The notes: a model not told the origin generated them from the letters alone. 63,879 nucleotides of DNA, filler included, from Octopus bimaculoides (GCF_001194135.2; 5 parts of 5 records of this genome joined end to end with filler, not necessarily neighbours in it), one strand, 5' to 3'; shown: positions 12,590 through 26,311, numbered from the whole stretch's first letter. Program-made: numbers and translations.

Positions 12590-13690
12590 CGTTTCAAAGC
12601 GTTTGTCAAAAACCACCACCTCAGCTTGATTGATTTGCATGTTTGTGCCCCTTTGGGGGCTCAAATGCGAAAAAAAATATCTATCTTCTTTTGAACAAAA
12701 TTAACTTTAAAAACAAACATGGCGAAGCCAGCTTTGATGAAAAGTAGGGAAGAGGAAAGAAACGATAGATCTGATAGAGTGGTGCAAGACAAAGTAAAGA
12801 CCTCCGCCTTCTACCTACAAATGGAAGGGAAGGCGAGCACCCACCATGTTCAAAGTACAGTGGACCACACTACCTCCATGACAACAGACAGCAGCAGCAG
12901 CCACATCACAGCTCGGGGGTTTAAGTCTGGGTATTTAAGTACAACGCTAAGTTCCCCATCATAAATGAAACGACACTAAAAGCCATCAATCAACAACAGT
13001 AAAAATCTACGATCACGGACACAACCGAATCTGTCGTCAAAAGCATTACAAGAAAAATTATGATAGAGGTGAAACACAAAAACAATTGAAGCTTCGATCA
13101 CTTAAACGGTTACAATATTTACATTGTGTATAACAACGACAACACCAACAGCAATAACAACAACAATACATTCGCAGCAACGTCTGAGAAAGGGACGGCG
13201 CTATTTAAGATGGATATACTGCAGAAGAACATATGTCCGGGCCCAAGTACTCAAACTAATAAGGTTGGAGAAAACGCGGGCGGACATTGCCATCCCCGCC
13301 ACCGAGATGTTGGGGCGAAACAGAAAAAAAATAGTTATTTATATATGTGTTTATATAAACACATAGTGGCTTCAGATGGTTAGGCAGGCAAATAGCCCCG
13401 GGTGGTGGAGGCCCAACATGGAAACAAAGCCGCAGTTCAGGCTTTGACGGGCCGGGACGGACTCTTACTATTCGAGTCGAAGCAGATATGTGTGACATCT
13501 TTTCGGTGGTCAAAGTGACTGGACACATATCGGGATCGTTTAGCATTGCACGTTCGATCCGCTAAGCGTGTTCCTTCTCACTCCTTCTGTACGTGCTAGA
13601 TGCGTCGAGGGACATCCCGTTGTAAACTAGGATGAAGGACGTTTGTGTCGGCTAATGCAGACGACGGCACCGCAATGATGTCAGGAATAC
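12590..13690 (+). mobile_element. Degenerate, internally deleted Tx1/L1-like LINE (putative 5'/ORF1 part plus RT fragments)
   Basis: About 13515-13670 translates as GHISGSFSIARSIR*ACSFSLLLYVL..VSANADDG, corresponding to the RT motifs SVRQGCPLSP and SAYADD. The upstream ORF1 assignment is tentative. Confidence 0.55.
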
Positions 13691-13745
13691 AATGCGGTGA
13701 TAGGAGGAAATACTAATCAGAAGTCGGTGGATCTGGTGTCGGAAA

Positions 13746-13983
13746 GGTGGCGAGCTGGCAGAACCGTTAGCATGCTGGGCGAAATGCTTAGCGGTATTTC
13801 GTCTGCCGCTAAGCATTTCTGAGTTCAAATTCCGCCGAGGTCGACTTTGCTTTCATCTTTTCGGGGTCGATTAAATAAGTACCAGTTACGCACTGGGGTC
13901 GATATAATCGACTTAATCCGTTTGTCTGTCCTTGTTTGTCTCCTCTATGTTTAGCCCCTTGTGGGCAAAAAAGAAATAAGAAG
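13746..13983 (+). mobile_element. tRNA-derived SINE, family A (Meta/MESC-domain-like), well preserved
   Basis: Head ggcgagctggcagaaccgttagc, B-box-like gagttcaaattcc, central gactttgctttcatcttttcggggtcgattaaataagtaccag; many copies in the window. Confidence 0.85.
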
Positions 13984-14353
13984 NNNNNNNNNNNNNNNNN
14001 NNNNNNNNNNNNNNNNNNNNNNNNNNNTTAATTAATTAANNNNNNNNNNNNNNNNNNNNNNNNNNNNNNNNNNNNNNNNNNNNGTGTGCGTGTGTGTGTG
14101 TGTGTGTAGATACAAATATATAAGTTGAACAAAAAATTTACTTATATAACTTTTTTGAAAAGGTAAATTTTATTTGAGTGGTGTGGTGAGAGAAATTTTA
14201 CATTATATGAAAACAATTTTAATATTTTCATATAATGTGAACGAAGAGGCAATCTTTTTATTATTGCTATCGTGTTATGTTTCTCTTCAAAGTTTTCAAA
14301 ATTTACGAAGACGTGAATCTGTGTTGCTGATATTTTCCTAAATTAACTCTGTG

Positions 14354-14385
<32 letters not shown>

Positions 14386-14436
14386 TGTATGTATGTATGT
14401 ATGTATGTACGTATGTATGTATGTATGTAGGATACA

Positions 14437-14620
14437 CGAAGGGGTACTGGAAATTTTCTGGCTTTGGGTTAAAGAAAGTATGGGATGAAGAGTTAATCAA
14501 CATTTCGTTCAATATATTTCCCTTTCAGATTCAGAAATTTATTGCAGTGGTCTTTCTGTTTTTTGTTTTGTAAGCCCTGTAAAAAACCCTTAAATCGAGA
14601 AACTTTTCAGCGCACCCTCG
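14437..14620. mobile_element. Mariner-derived MITE
   Basis: Degenerate TIRs CGAAGGGGTACTGGAAATTTTCT and AGAAACTTTTCAGCGCACCCTCG followed by TA. Confidence 0.55.
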
Positions 14621-15191
14621 TATGTACATGGTAAGAGAAACGTCTGTGTCACGATAAGTATTTGGGTACTGTTGGAAGTGGTGAAAGTATAACTGCTGAG
14701 AAGTGAGTCTGTTGTTACATGTAGCTATGTTTAATGCGATCCCGTATTCATACACATGATTGTTTTCATGAATTTCGTTATCATTTGTTCATTGTAATGA
14801 AGCGGACACTGCCAGCCCATCATCTCTGTAGAGGCATATTCAATAAAAATGGATTCCATATTTATGTGTATCTAGAATACGCATCAACAAGACGTTGAAT
14901 TTACTTCCTTCAACCCCATTAAACCCTACTTAGATTCTTACATTGACCACCGTTTTCTGCTTCGTTCACCAGCGACAAAAGTAATATTTGTAGTCAAGTA
15001 TTGTAACAGACTAATGTCACTAACAGACGTAAATGAACCGTTAGAATCCAAGGAATAGAATGATGAGAAGAATTCACTTCTTAAAACCGAGGGAATTAAC
15101 AGAAATCTTCATATTATATGTATTGTAAATTGCCTTTCAATGAACTCTCTCATGTTGCTTTGTAGACGTTTGGCCCGTTCTATATGATTTG

Positions 15192-15296
<105 letters not shown>

Positions 15297-15758
15297 NNNN
15301 NNNNNNNNNNNNNNNNNNNNNNNNNNNNNNNNNNNNNNNNNNNNNNNNNNNNNNNNNNNNNNNNNNNNNNNNNNNNNNNNNNNNNNNNNNNNNNNNNNNN
15401 NNNNNNNNNNNNNNNNNNNNNNNNNNNNNNNNNNNNNNNNNNNNNNNNNNNNNNNNNNNNNNNNNNNNNNNNNNNNNNNNNNNNNNNNNNNNNNNNNNNN
15501 NNNNNNNNNNNNNNNNNNNNNNNNNNNNNNNNNNNNNNNNNNNNNNNNNNNNNNNNNNNNNNNNNNNNNNNNNNNNNNNNNNNNNNNNNNNNNNNNNNNN
15601 NNNNNNNNNNNNNNNNNNNNNNNNNNNNNNNNNNNNNNNNNNNNNNNNNNNNNNNNNNNNNNNNNNNNNNNNNNNNNNNNNNNNNNNNNNNNNNNNNNNN
15701 NNNCAATATACTACAACTTTATCGCTCCACTACTGCTTAAATCTCTCTGAGAGATTTA

Positions 15759-15802
<44 letters not shown>

Positions 15803-17524
15803 AAGACAGAAAATGAAGAAATATCGATGAACAACAATTTACTTAGTGTAATGGAAGCACCCATTCTTTGGACGGTTATTTTAACCTCTAACTCAGCTAA
15901 CCTTACATGTTGATATACGCACACACACATACATACATATATTATGTACGTGTGCGTATGTGTGTGTGTGTATATATCAGTGAGTGAGTTTAAGGCGAAA
16001 GTATACATATTCGCCCACGTAAGATTTTCAAAGAGACACATTCTAAGATTGATTCATTAATATAGGAATCCTTATCCTGCACTGTCTTTGAAATTCAATC
16101 AGAAAATCTAGGAAAATAGAAATCCAGATACGGAACCTGAAACCCAAATACAATTTAGAAAATAATTAAATTTCTTAATCGTAATCACAGCGATTAAACA
16201 TGCACACAACTCCCACACCATATATATGTGTGTGTGTGTGTGTGTGGGTGTATACATGTATACATACATACATATATGTATATGTATATATAGATGTATA
16301 TATATATATATATATATATATNNNNNNNNNNNNNNNNNNNNNNNNNNNNNNNNNNNNNNNNNNNNNNNNNNNNNNNNNNNNNNNNNNNNNNNNNNNNNNN
16401 NNNNNNNNNNNNNNNNNNNNNNNNNNNNNNNNNNNNNNNNNNNNNNNNNNNNNNNNNNNNNNNNNNNNNNNNNNNNNNNNNNNNNNNNNNNNNNNNNNNN
16501 NNNNNNNNNNNNNNNNNNNNNNNNNNNNNNNNNNNNNNNNNNNNNNNNNNNNNNNNNNNNNNNNNNNNNNNNNNNNNNNNNNNNNNNNNNNNNNNNNNNN
16601 NNNNNNNNNNNNNNTATATATATATACATATATACATAGGTGGAATGTTTGTGTGTGTGTTTTTATCGTAGGATTCGGATTCTGGTTTCAACTTCAATAG
16701 CGACAACATGAATTTCCTCCATCCTCTTATTCTGTTAAAATATTTAAGAAAAATTATATTAATGTCTTACTTGTTAAAAAATTCTACATTTTTCGCAGCT
16801 GAATATAGCGCTGCAGTTAAATTGATGCAATGATTGCATTGTTCAATTAAATGGAACCGCTTGAAACGGTCGTACTGCATTACTACTTGATATCCTCTTG
16901 CTTATTTTGATATATATATATGCTTGCGTGTGTAAATGTATATCTCTTTAAAATGCCCGAAGCTTAATTGCAAATATGTAAATATTCCGATGTAATGTAT
17001 CCGCTTCTTTTTCTTTTTTCCTTTTTATTTTTCCCAACAAAAATAGTTTCAGATTAAGAAACACGTGATATTCTGAAATACATTGTTGCTCATATTTCTT
17101 CCTAACTCACTTAGTTCAATAAATTTAATACAAGTCTTATAGCCGTCTCAATTCGTAAATAAAAACTAATTATATTTAATTTTAGAAATGAATATTAGAG
17201 CGATTACTTTTGGACATAATTTCTTCCATTTAATAGAGCTTAATGATTGAAATTGTTCCATAGAGTGTTTTTTCTTTTTCTTTTCTTTTATTAATTAATT
17301 AATTAATTTATTTTTTTGTCTTCTTGCATTTTTATTATGAGTAAAATTGAGTTAATATATTAAATAAAACTTGTCTTAAATTTCTGAATTTTAGCTTAGA
17401 TAAAACTAATATATTAGAAGGAAAACTAAAATGATCTTCATGTGGCTTATGTATTTTATTTTCGTGAAGTGGTCAGAGCAAATAATTGTTATTATTACAG
17501 ACAATAAAGATGTGATGGCTGAAG

Positions 17525-17760
17525 CCTATAAAAAAATCATTTCCAGGCGTGGCTGTGTGGTAAGAAGCTTGCTTCTCGTCTACATGGTTCTGAGTTCAAT
17601 CCTACTCCGCAGAGCTTTGGATAAGCGTTTTCTACTATAGCTTCGGGTTGACTGAGCCCATTGTGTGAATTTGGTAGAGGTAAAGAAGACTGTCGTGTGT
17701 GTGTGTGTACGTGTGTGGGTGTACGTGTTGTCTCCACCAATGCATAATGACTGCCGTTGC
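17525..17760 (+). mobile_element. tRNA-derived SINE, family B (CORE-like), diverged
   Basis: Similarity to 26533-26745. Confidence 0.7.
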
Positions 17761-18335
17761 TTCGTCGCAACATTAGCGGCATTTCGTCCGTCCTTACGTT
17801 CGTTCAGAACGTAAAGACGGACGAAATGCCGCTAAGTCATTTACTCGACGTACTAACGTTTCTGCCACCTCACCACCGCATTAAACTTTGTAACTATATT
17901 GGTTTGAGATATTTCCCCTTTATGTTTAACTGTTTAATATTCTCCTTCTACATCACCCAGTTTCTCGGATGTTTCTACCAATAAAGACCCTCTCTTCGTC
18001 ACTTACCTTCTCCCTTCCTTTCTTTATCACGTTTTCGCTTTCTCTCCCTCCCCTTACCGTCTGTCTTCCCCCTTTCTCTCCACCTCTCTTTCTACATCTC
18101 TCTGTCTCTCTACCCGAATCTACTTTTTTCCCCACATCTTACTTACTTTACTGACGAAGACCTCCCCCTCTCTCTCTCTCTCTCTCTGAATATTCCGTTT
18201 TCCCTAATAACATACATACAGATGAAATCCTTTACACTAAACCTGCAACGAGCAATTTCATAAATTGTTTCTACATAACAACTAAGAAAATTGAACTATA
18301 TACTGTCTTGATACCAATTCCACAAACACACAGAC

Positions 18336-18382
<47 letters not shown>

Positions 18383-19499
18383 CATATATATATTTGAGGG
18401 TAAATTCATTGCATTTACTTTAGAACCAGCATCTTCATCAAAGACAGGTGTATTCTTTTAGCGTTATTGTAAAACTTCACACTGCTTAAAACAAATAGCG
18501 TGTCTACATTTTCTAACCTATTCACAACATTCTTAGAGCGTTACGAATATGTTAGTAACGGACTCCCCATTGTCTCATTGACAAGCCCCACTCAATTTCA
18601 CACATTTAACTGCTTAATAACCGTTTATTAACATTGAGATATTCAAAAGATTCATAACATCTTTGGAGATATATTGCTTACCTAATTAAAATACAATTCG
18701 TGCCTCTAATATAACCTTGTATAATCTTGAAATAAGATTTGCATCTATCATGTAAATTTCACACATTAAATCTCAAAGTGTATATACATATTCCTATATA
18801 TATATATCAATCTTGGAAAATCAATATCGTTGTTGTGAAGTTGACCTCAGTTGTAAAGGTGGGGTGATATATAAGTGCTTATTGTGTGATGATTCTTAGA
18901 GGTGTAAATACCACTTCGTAAATCTTCGTTTCCTAATTTGAAAAATCGTAGGAATGAATTATTTAATAACATGATATAAAAATATTGTTATCATATTTCT
19001 ATAATTACAATTATTTCTCATTTGCATGGCAAATTTCTTGGTTATCTGATTTCAAATTATATGTGACATAAGAATTATATTTCATTAATATGAAGAGATA
19101 TTCTGGAGTTTTTCTTTCATTTTTCTAAATAAATTTCTGTTTTTTTTTTTTTAAGTTTTACCCGAATAACATCTATTCGTGAAATATTTGGTGAAATAAA
19201 TACCACATTCATTGATTTAAGAAGAAATAAGTACGAACAATTTTGTATTTGAGAGGAGGCAAATCATTGCTATGTCTCATATATTCTCCCATGTCAACTT
19301 TACTTTGAAGAAGGACTCTTTCTGAAACGTTGATTTTCAATTTCAGTTGGAAAGTTCACTCTACACTTTCTAATAATTTTATTAAATAACATTAGCATTG
19401 CTGGAGTATGTTTGATCAATTTAATATAACTGATCAATTGAATATAATCTTACTAAAACATTATTAAATGCGAAATAAATATATACATATAAATGCATA

Positions 19500-19680
19500 A
19501 ACGTGTGTGTGTATGTATGTTTGTCCTCCCACCATCACTTGACAACCGGTGTTGGTGCGTTTACGTCACCGTTACTTATCGGTTCGGCAAAAGAGAGGTC
19601 GATTTGTTGGACTAGAAGGCGGCGCTCCAGCACGACCGCAGTCAAATAACTGAAACGAATAAAAGAAGAAAAGAAGAAAC
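19500..19680 (+). mobile_element. SINE family B 3' tail fragment
   Basis: ccaccatcacttgacaaccggtgttggtgcgtttacgtc..gctccagcacgaccgcagtcaaataactgaaac; also at about 21105-21295, 48038-48100 and 54230-54460. Confidence 0.7.
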
Positions 19681-20460
19681 GAATACACACATGTTTCTGT
19701 GTTTGCGTGTGTGTGTGTGGGGGGGGGGTCTGAGTGAGTCTCCTTTCGTGACTAGCTGAATGAAACTATGCGGACGGTTATCTAAATACCAGTTCGTGTA
19801 AACATTTGCTTTCAACACTCACAAATATACGCATTTATGTGAGTGTATACATCTAACTATATCTTATTTGCATGTATATATACAACATCCGGTTTCATGT
19901 AAGTTTATGTAAATCTCACATTTTCTCTCTCTTCCGCTTATTCATTGCGACATATTATGAATGAGAATTTTTCGCCATGTCTAACATAATTTGAAAAAGC
20001 ATTCCAAGTTTTTCCGGATTAGTTTCCCACACCTCAACAGCAAATTCTCAAGGTAAACTTGGACAACCTGTGCGTAAAACTAAACAGTGGAACTCGATCA
20101 AATAATTCTATGGTCTAAGATTTCGAAATAACAGTTTGAACAACTATTATGGCTATGTACGTGTGTGCGTGTGTGTTTTTACATAGAGTGATTGAGTTCA
20201 GTAAGTGGGAGAATGTAGGCCAATGAAATGTGTTAAGTAGTATCACGTGATGATAAATTACTTTTGAGATAAGGCCTACGTGATGGCATATCTTTTGTTA
20301 GATAACTTAAGAGTCCCAGTTCAAGTCTTGCACATACATATCACATACACGCACACATACATAAATGCATATATACATACGTACATGCATACACGCATGC
20401 ATTCATACCTACATACATACATACGTACAAGCTTATATGTATACATACATATATTTATAA

Positions 20461-20511
<51 letters not shown>

Positions 20512-20570
20512 NNNNNNNNNNNNNNNNNNNNNNNNNNNNNNNNNNNNNNNNNNNNNNNNNNNNNNNNNNN

Positions 20571-20620
<50 letters not shown>

Positions 20621-20721
20621 GCATAGAAATATACATATAGGCGTTGACTGTGTGGTAAGAAGCTAGTTTCACAGCCACATGATTCCGGGTTCAGTCCTAT
20701 TGCATAGAAACTTGAGCAGGT

Positions 20722-21020
20722 TCTATGGAGGGCATTTGTAGTTTGTCGCTTGGATTACTGCTCTCAATTATGGTCACCCCACAGTGTCAAATTAATAGCG
20801 GAACTTGAGGCAGTTTTGCGGTGCTACATCAAGAAGACTGCATCAATGGAACAGCTGAGCTACTGGGAGAGACTGAAAGTGTTACGATTGTACTCCGTGG
20901 AGCGAAGACGTGTAAGGTATGCAGTGATGTAAGAATGGACGATGTTGGGGTGGTCTAGCACCAAACTTTGGCATCGAAAGCTATACTAACACCAGAACTG
21001 GATGTCACTGCACTGTCCCA
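20722..21020 (+). mobile_element. CR1/L2-group LINE ORF2 3' fragment
   Basis: DYCSQLWSP..LSYWERLKVLRLYSVERRRVRY, the classic post-RT CR1/L2 motif. Confidence 0.8.
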
Positions 21021-21344
21021 TTAAAGCACAACTACATACATACATACATACGGACATACATACAAGCACACACACACAGAAATATACTATTATTATTGTG
21101 ATTTCGTTTTAGTGTTTGTCCCAACTAGTGATCAACAACCGGTGTTCTTTTATTTACGTCTCAGCAACTTAGTGGCTGAATAGAGAAAGAACCAGATTTT
21201 AAGTACTACGCTTGATTTGTTCCACTAAACCCTTCAAGCCGATACCCCAGCATGGCCCCAGGCCCATGAGTTAAACAAGCAAAAGATGACGGATAGTAAA
21301 AAAGAAGATGCGTTTGATAACTCTTATGATCAATGAGATAGATT

Positions 21345-21625
21345 AGATTAGATCGACCCCAGTACGCAACTGGTACATAATTTATCGACCCCAAAAGGAT
21401 GAAAGGCAAAGTCGACCGCGGCGGGATTTGAACTCAGAATGTAAAGACAGACGAAATACCGCTAAGCATTTCGCCCGGTGTGCTAACGTTTCTGCCAGTT
21501 CGCAACCTTTAAANNNNNNNNNNGGCAAAGTTGACCTCGGCGGGATTTGAACTCAGAACATAAAGACAGATGAAATACCGCTAAGCATTTCGCCCGGCTT
21601 GTTAACGATTCTACCAGCTCGCCAT
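21345..21625 (-). mobile_element. Two adjacent SINE family A copies separated by a 10-N gap
   Basis: Repeated ggcaaagt(c/t)gacc..ggcgggatttgaactcagaa..gaaataccgctaagcatttcgcccgg. Confidence 0.8.
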
Positions 21626-22134
21626 CTTATGATCATTGAAATATTACCGTACTTCTTCATAGTCGTGAAGTCTATACCGAGTAATGTCCCCCTTTAAACC
21701 TCGATAAACTGCAAGTGTAGGAATCACTGAACTCGCCTTCTAACCGATAACTGTCTGAGTTCTAGATATCCTATTGCCTATTGTGAATTTCCAGCTACAT
21801 AGCTTTAGAAAAAAAAAATTAATTTTGCAAGCTAATTATCATAATTGAAAATCTAAACCGTAACCTTGAGTTTTAATATTCAAGGATTGAACGCCAGAAT
21901 ACGTTGACACACTCATCCGAATGCATTAATGTTTAATTATGAAGCATAGTATGTTTATTTTGTCAGGAAACTGCGGAGAGCATACTGCAATTCCTATGTG
22001 TAATAACTACGTTCCCACATGTTCCAGCTTCACTCTCCATAATCTTATTCAATTCGCTGAATTTATGTATAATGATATTTATACATTATATATTTATGGA
22101 TAACAATATATTGAAATGTCAAAATAGCAAACTA

Positions 22135-22224
<90 letters not shown>

Positions 22225-22461
22225 TGATGATGATGGTTATTATTAGAGCGCCTGGGGTGGGCAGACATATTGGTCTCTCAAACGAAAATGCGTCGCAAGT
22301 ATTTAGTTCACTGCTTCGAAATTATGGTTTTGAAAATCCCATTGGAATCGATTTCGTGTTCATTTTCCCAGAGTCAATAATTAAATAAAAAGATGCCAGA
22401 CGTGAAAGCGATATTTGCAGTATAACCATATGCATCCCTAATATATTTGTGGCCTCCTGCC

Positions 22462-22960
22462 AGTGGCTGCGTGGTAAGAAGCTTGCTTCCTAACCGCACG
22501 GACTTGGGTTCAAGTCCCACGGATTTGCAACTTGAACTTGACTCTTCTTCTATAACCCTGCGCCGACCAGTGAGTGGATTTTGAGTGGATTTTGTAGACC
22601 GAAACTAAAAGGAGCCTGTCGTATACGTATATAATCGTGCATGTGAGTGTATTTGTGTGTGTGTGTGTGTGAGTGTGTGTGTGAGTACGTGTGCGTGTGT
22701 GCGCGCGCGCGTTTGTGTGTGTGTGTGCGAGTGTATGTGTGTTTTCGCGTTTGTTCTCCATCGCCGCTTGAAACTCGTTGTTGGTTTGTATATATATCTC
22801 CGTAATTCCATGGTACGGCAAAAAGGGATCGATAAAGTAAGTACTAGAATTAAAGTAATAAGCCCTGGAGCCGATTTATTCACGTAAATATTTCAGGGCG
22901 ATGTTCTGGCATGACCGCAGTCCAAAGACTGAATCGAGTGCAAGATTATTAAAAAGAATT
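22462..22960 (+). mobile_element. SINE family B, near full length with internal (TG)n
   Basis: Head agtggctgcgtggtaagaagcttgcttcc, internal microsatellite, tail ..gcatgaccgcagtccaaagactgaa. Confidence 0.75.
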
Positions 22961-22994
22961 CTTTAATTTATTTCAAGAAACCGCAAATACACAC

Positions 22995-23040
<46 letters not shown>

Positions 23041-23139
23041 NNNNNNNNNNTATTAAATTCTTTGAATTGTGAGACTGAAGGACCGAAATATTAGACTCAA
23101 CTTGAAATCACTATGCATTCATGCTTCTGAGAGACTCTC

Positions 23140-23216
23140 GTTTAGTCATCGGGCTGCTAACCCTAAGATTCCGAGTTCAATTCCAGGCAGTGCTTTGAAT
23201 AATAAATAATAATAAC

Positions 23217-23257
<41 letters not shown>

Positions 23258-23410
23258 GAACAACATCAGCAAAAAATTACTTTAGGAATGAGAACCCAGT
23301 GTTGGGTTCAAAATTCTAACAGAAGGCTGGAGAGCAAACCAGCTGAAATGCTGTGGTAACAACAAACAAAATCTGTCCAATGTAAACAATGTAAGTAATG
23401 TTCCTTAAAG
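23140..23410 (+). mobile_element. tRNA-headed SINE family C, diverged copy
   Basis: gggctgctaaccctaagattccgagttcaattccaggcagtg + (TAA)n + taggaatgagaacccag, matching 27486-27769. Confidence 0.75.
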
Positions 23411-23842
23411 CATTCCTTTATTTATTTCATTTTATTTATTTATTTATTGCTGTTCAGTTCATCATCGACATATACCTGAGATGAGGTTATATTTGTCCAA
23501 ATTTCTGAAACGATAATCAACATTCGCAGAAGGAGAATGGAGTCAAAAAAAAAGAAAGAAAAAGATACTTAAAACACTACCGTAAAACACTATTCCTGTC
23601 ATTTCTTCAAAATAACATTGGAAAGAAAACGAATGTATTTCACAATTGAATATATTAGAATGTGACATACTTTCCTTATCAGCTATGTATTTCTAGTGGA
23701 CTCTCTCTGACAACATTTGCGGAAGATAATATCTAGAAGGCCCTCCAGTGAATGCCACACCTCGAGGAACCGATGTTACTATCAGTTAAGTGAATTGGAA
23801 GAATATCGCTAATCTCGAAATATGTAAATACTAACCACCACC

Positions 23843-23892
<50 letters not shown>

Positions 23893-24102
23893 CGACACCG
23901 TCAACGTTGCCGCTACAACCACAACAACCACAACAACTACCACCAAATACTACTACTACTACTACTACTACTACTANNNNNNNNNNNNNNNNNNNNNNNN
24001 NNNNNNNNNNNNNNNNNNNNTTAATTAATTAANNNNNNNNNNNNNNNNNNNNNNNNNNNNNNNNNNNNNNNNNNNNATATATATATATATATATATATAT
24101 AT

Positions 24103-24261
24103 ATACGACGTACTTCTTTCAGTTTCCGTCTACCAAATCCACTCACAAGGTTTTGATCGGCCCGAGGCTATAGTAGAAGATACTTGCCCAAGGTGCCACG
24201 CAGTGGGATTGAACCCGGAACCATGTAGTTGGTAAACAAGCTACTTACCACACAGCCACTC
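24103..24261 (-). mobile_element. SINE family B head, young copy
   Basis: About 8 mismatches in 157 nt against 26533-26692 (counted by eye). Confidence 0.9.
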
Positions 24262-24271
24262 GTGTATTTTT

Positions 24272-24309
<38 letters not shown>

Positions 24310-25726
24310 GATTTATACACACACGCACGCATAAACATTAAAAAAATCAATATATGACAAAGAAACAGGGCCTTACAGCTGTTTCTTATATAATGGGCTG
24401 AGTTCTTGTGCATCACTTTTTACTTTTTTCAGAGCTTCTAAAATGAAGTGCAATTTTATTTGAGAAAGCGTTTACATTCACTGCTTAATTTTTCCTGTCT
24501 TGGTTTTTGTTTGCTACTTTGGAATCCTGCGCTTAGCAGGTTAATCCACTTCGCGGGAAGAGCTATTCTAAGAGCGCGTTCTGCCTCATTTTCGAAACGA
24601 CTAGTTTAGAATAGAGGGAGCTGATGAAGGAAAAGTTCCATAAGTGGCTCGTCTGTTTTCCTATGTGTTCATTCTGTTGTCCGTAAAAAAAGTCCGTTTT
24701 TTGTGCTTTGTTTATGTTCCCGTTCCTTTTTTGTCCACGTTTTTTGACGTCTGTACCCGGATATGCATCTATATATCCATGTAGATGTAGCTATGTACAC
24801 ATGCATATATCATTTGTATTANNNNNNNNNNNNNNNNNNNNNNNNNNNNNNNNNNNNNNNNNNNNNNNNNNNNNNNNNNNNNNNNNNNNNNNNNNNNNNN
24901 NNNNNNNNNNNNNNNNNNNNNNNNNNNNNNNNNNNNNNNNNNNNNNNNNNNNNNNNNNNNNNNNNNNNNNNNNNNNNNNNNNNNNNNNNNNNNNNNNNNN
25001 NNNNNNNNNNNNNNNNNNNNNNNNNNNNNNNNNNNNNNNNNNNNNNNNNNNNNNNNNNNNNNNNNNNNNNNNNNNNNNNNNNNNNNNNNNNNNNNNNNNN
25101 NNNNNNNNNNNNNNNNNNNNNNNNNNNNNNNNNNNNNNNNNNNNNNNNNNNNNNNNNNNNNNNNNNNNNNNNNNNNNNNNNNNNNNNNNNNNNNNNNNNN
25201 NNNNNNNNNNNNNNNNNNNNNNNNNNNNNNNNNNNNNNNNNNNNNNNNNNNNNNNNNNNNNNNNNNNNNNNNNNNNNNNNNNNNNNNNNNNNNNNNNNNN
25301 NNNNNNNNNNNNNNNNNNNNNNNNNNNNNNNNNNNNNNNNNNNNNNNNNNNNNNNNNNNNNNNNNNNNNNNNNNNNNNNNNNNNNNNNNNNNNNNNNNNN
25401 NNNNNNNNNNNNNNNNNNNNNNNNNNNNNNNNNNNNNNNNNNNNNNNNNNNNNNNNNNNNNNNNNNNNNNNNNNNNNNNNNNNNNNNNNNNNNNNNNNNN
25501 NNNNNNNNNNNNNNNNNNNNNNNNNNNNNNNNNNNNNNNNNNNNNNNNNNNNNNNNNNNNNNNNNNNNNNNNNNNNNNNNNNNNNNNNNNNNNNNNNNNN
25601 NNNNNNNNNNNNNNNNNNNNNNNNNNNNNNNNNNNNNNNNNNNNNNNNNNNNNNNNNNNNNNNNNNNNNNNNNNNNNNNNNNNNNNNNNNNNNNNNNNNN
25701 NNNNNNNNNNNNNNNNNNNNNNNNNN

Positions 25727-25805
<79 letters not shown>

Positions 25806-25833
25806 ATAATAATAATGAATATGTATATATTCT

Positions 25834-26097
25834 AGGCGCAGGAGTGGCTGTGTGGAAAGTAGCTTACTTACTAACCACATGGTTCTCGGCTCAGTCCCAC
25901 TGCGTGGCATCTTCGGCAAGTGTCTTCTGTTATAGCCTCGGGCCGACCAAAACCTTCTGAGTGGATTTAGTAGACGGAAACTGTGTCTCTGTGTTTTTCC
26001 CCACCACCATCTCTTGACAACAGATGTTGTTCGACTAAAGTTGGTGCTCCAATATGGCCGCAGTCAATTGATTGAAACGAGTAAAAGAATAAAAGAA
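25834..26097 (+). mobile_element. SINE family B with internal deletion
   Basis: ggcgcaggagtggctgtgtgg..cactgcgtggcatcttcggcaagtgtcttct..tail. Confidence 0.85.
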
Positions 26098-26121
26098 CAT
26101 ATATACATAATAGTTATTATT

Positions 26122-26311
26122 TCTACTCTAGGCACAAGGTCTCGAAAATGTTGGTGGAAGGGGGTTAGGCGATTATATCGACACCAGTGCGTTACTGGTA
26201 CTTATTTCATCGACCCCGAAAGGGTGAAAGGCAAAGCCGACCTCGGCGGAAATTGAACTCAAAACGTAGGATTGCCTCCAGAGTGCTAACGATTCTGCCA
26301 GCTCGCCGCCT

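Noticed and set aside
14028-14040. TTAATTAATTAA flanked by Ns (also about 24021, 53717 and 62617)
   Set aside because: Identical palindromic six-frame-stop linker in the middle of roughly 100-nt N runs; a scaffolding pad, not biology
21345-21625. Apparent tandem SINE duplication as a special structure
   Set aside because: Split by a 10-N gap; may be two independent copies or haplotype redundancy
24560-24640. Possible hammerhead pieces (ctaaga..gaaacgac; ctgatgaagg)
   Set aside because: Core motifs are out of order or mutated, and stem I is not adjacent to the core
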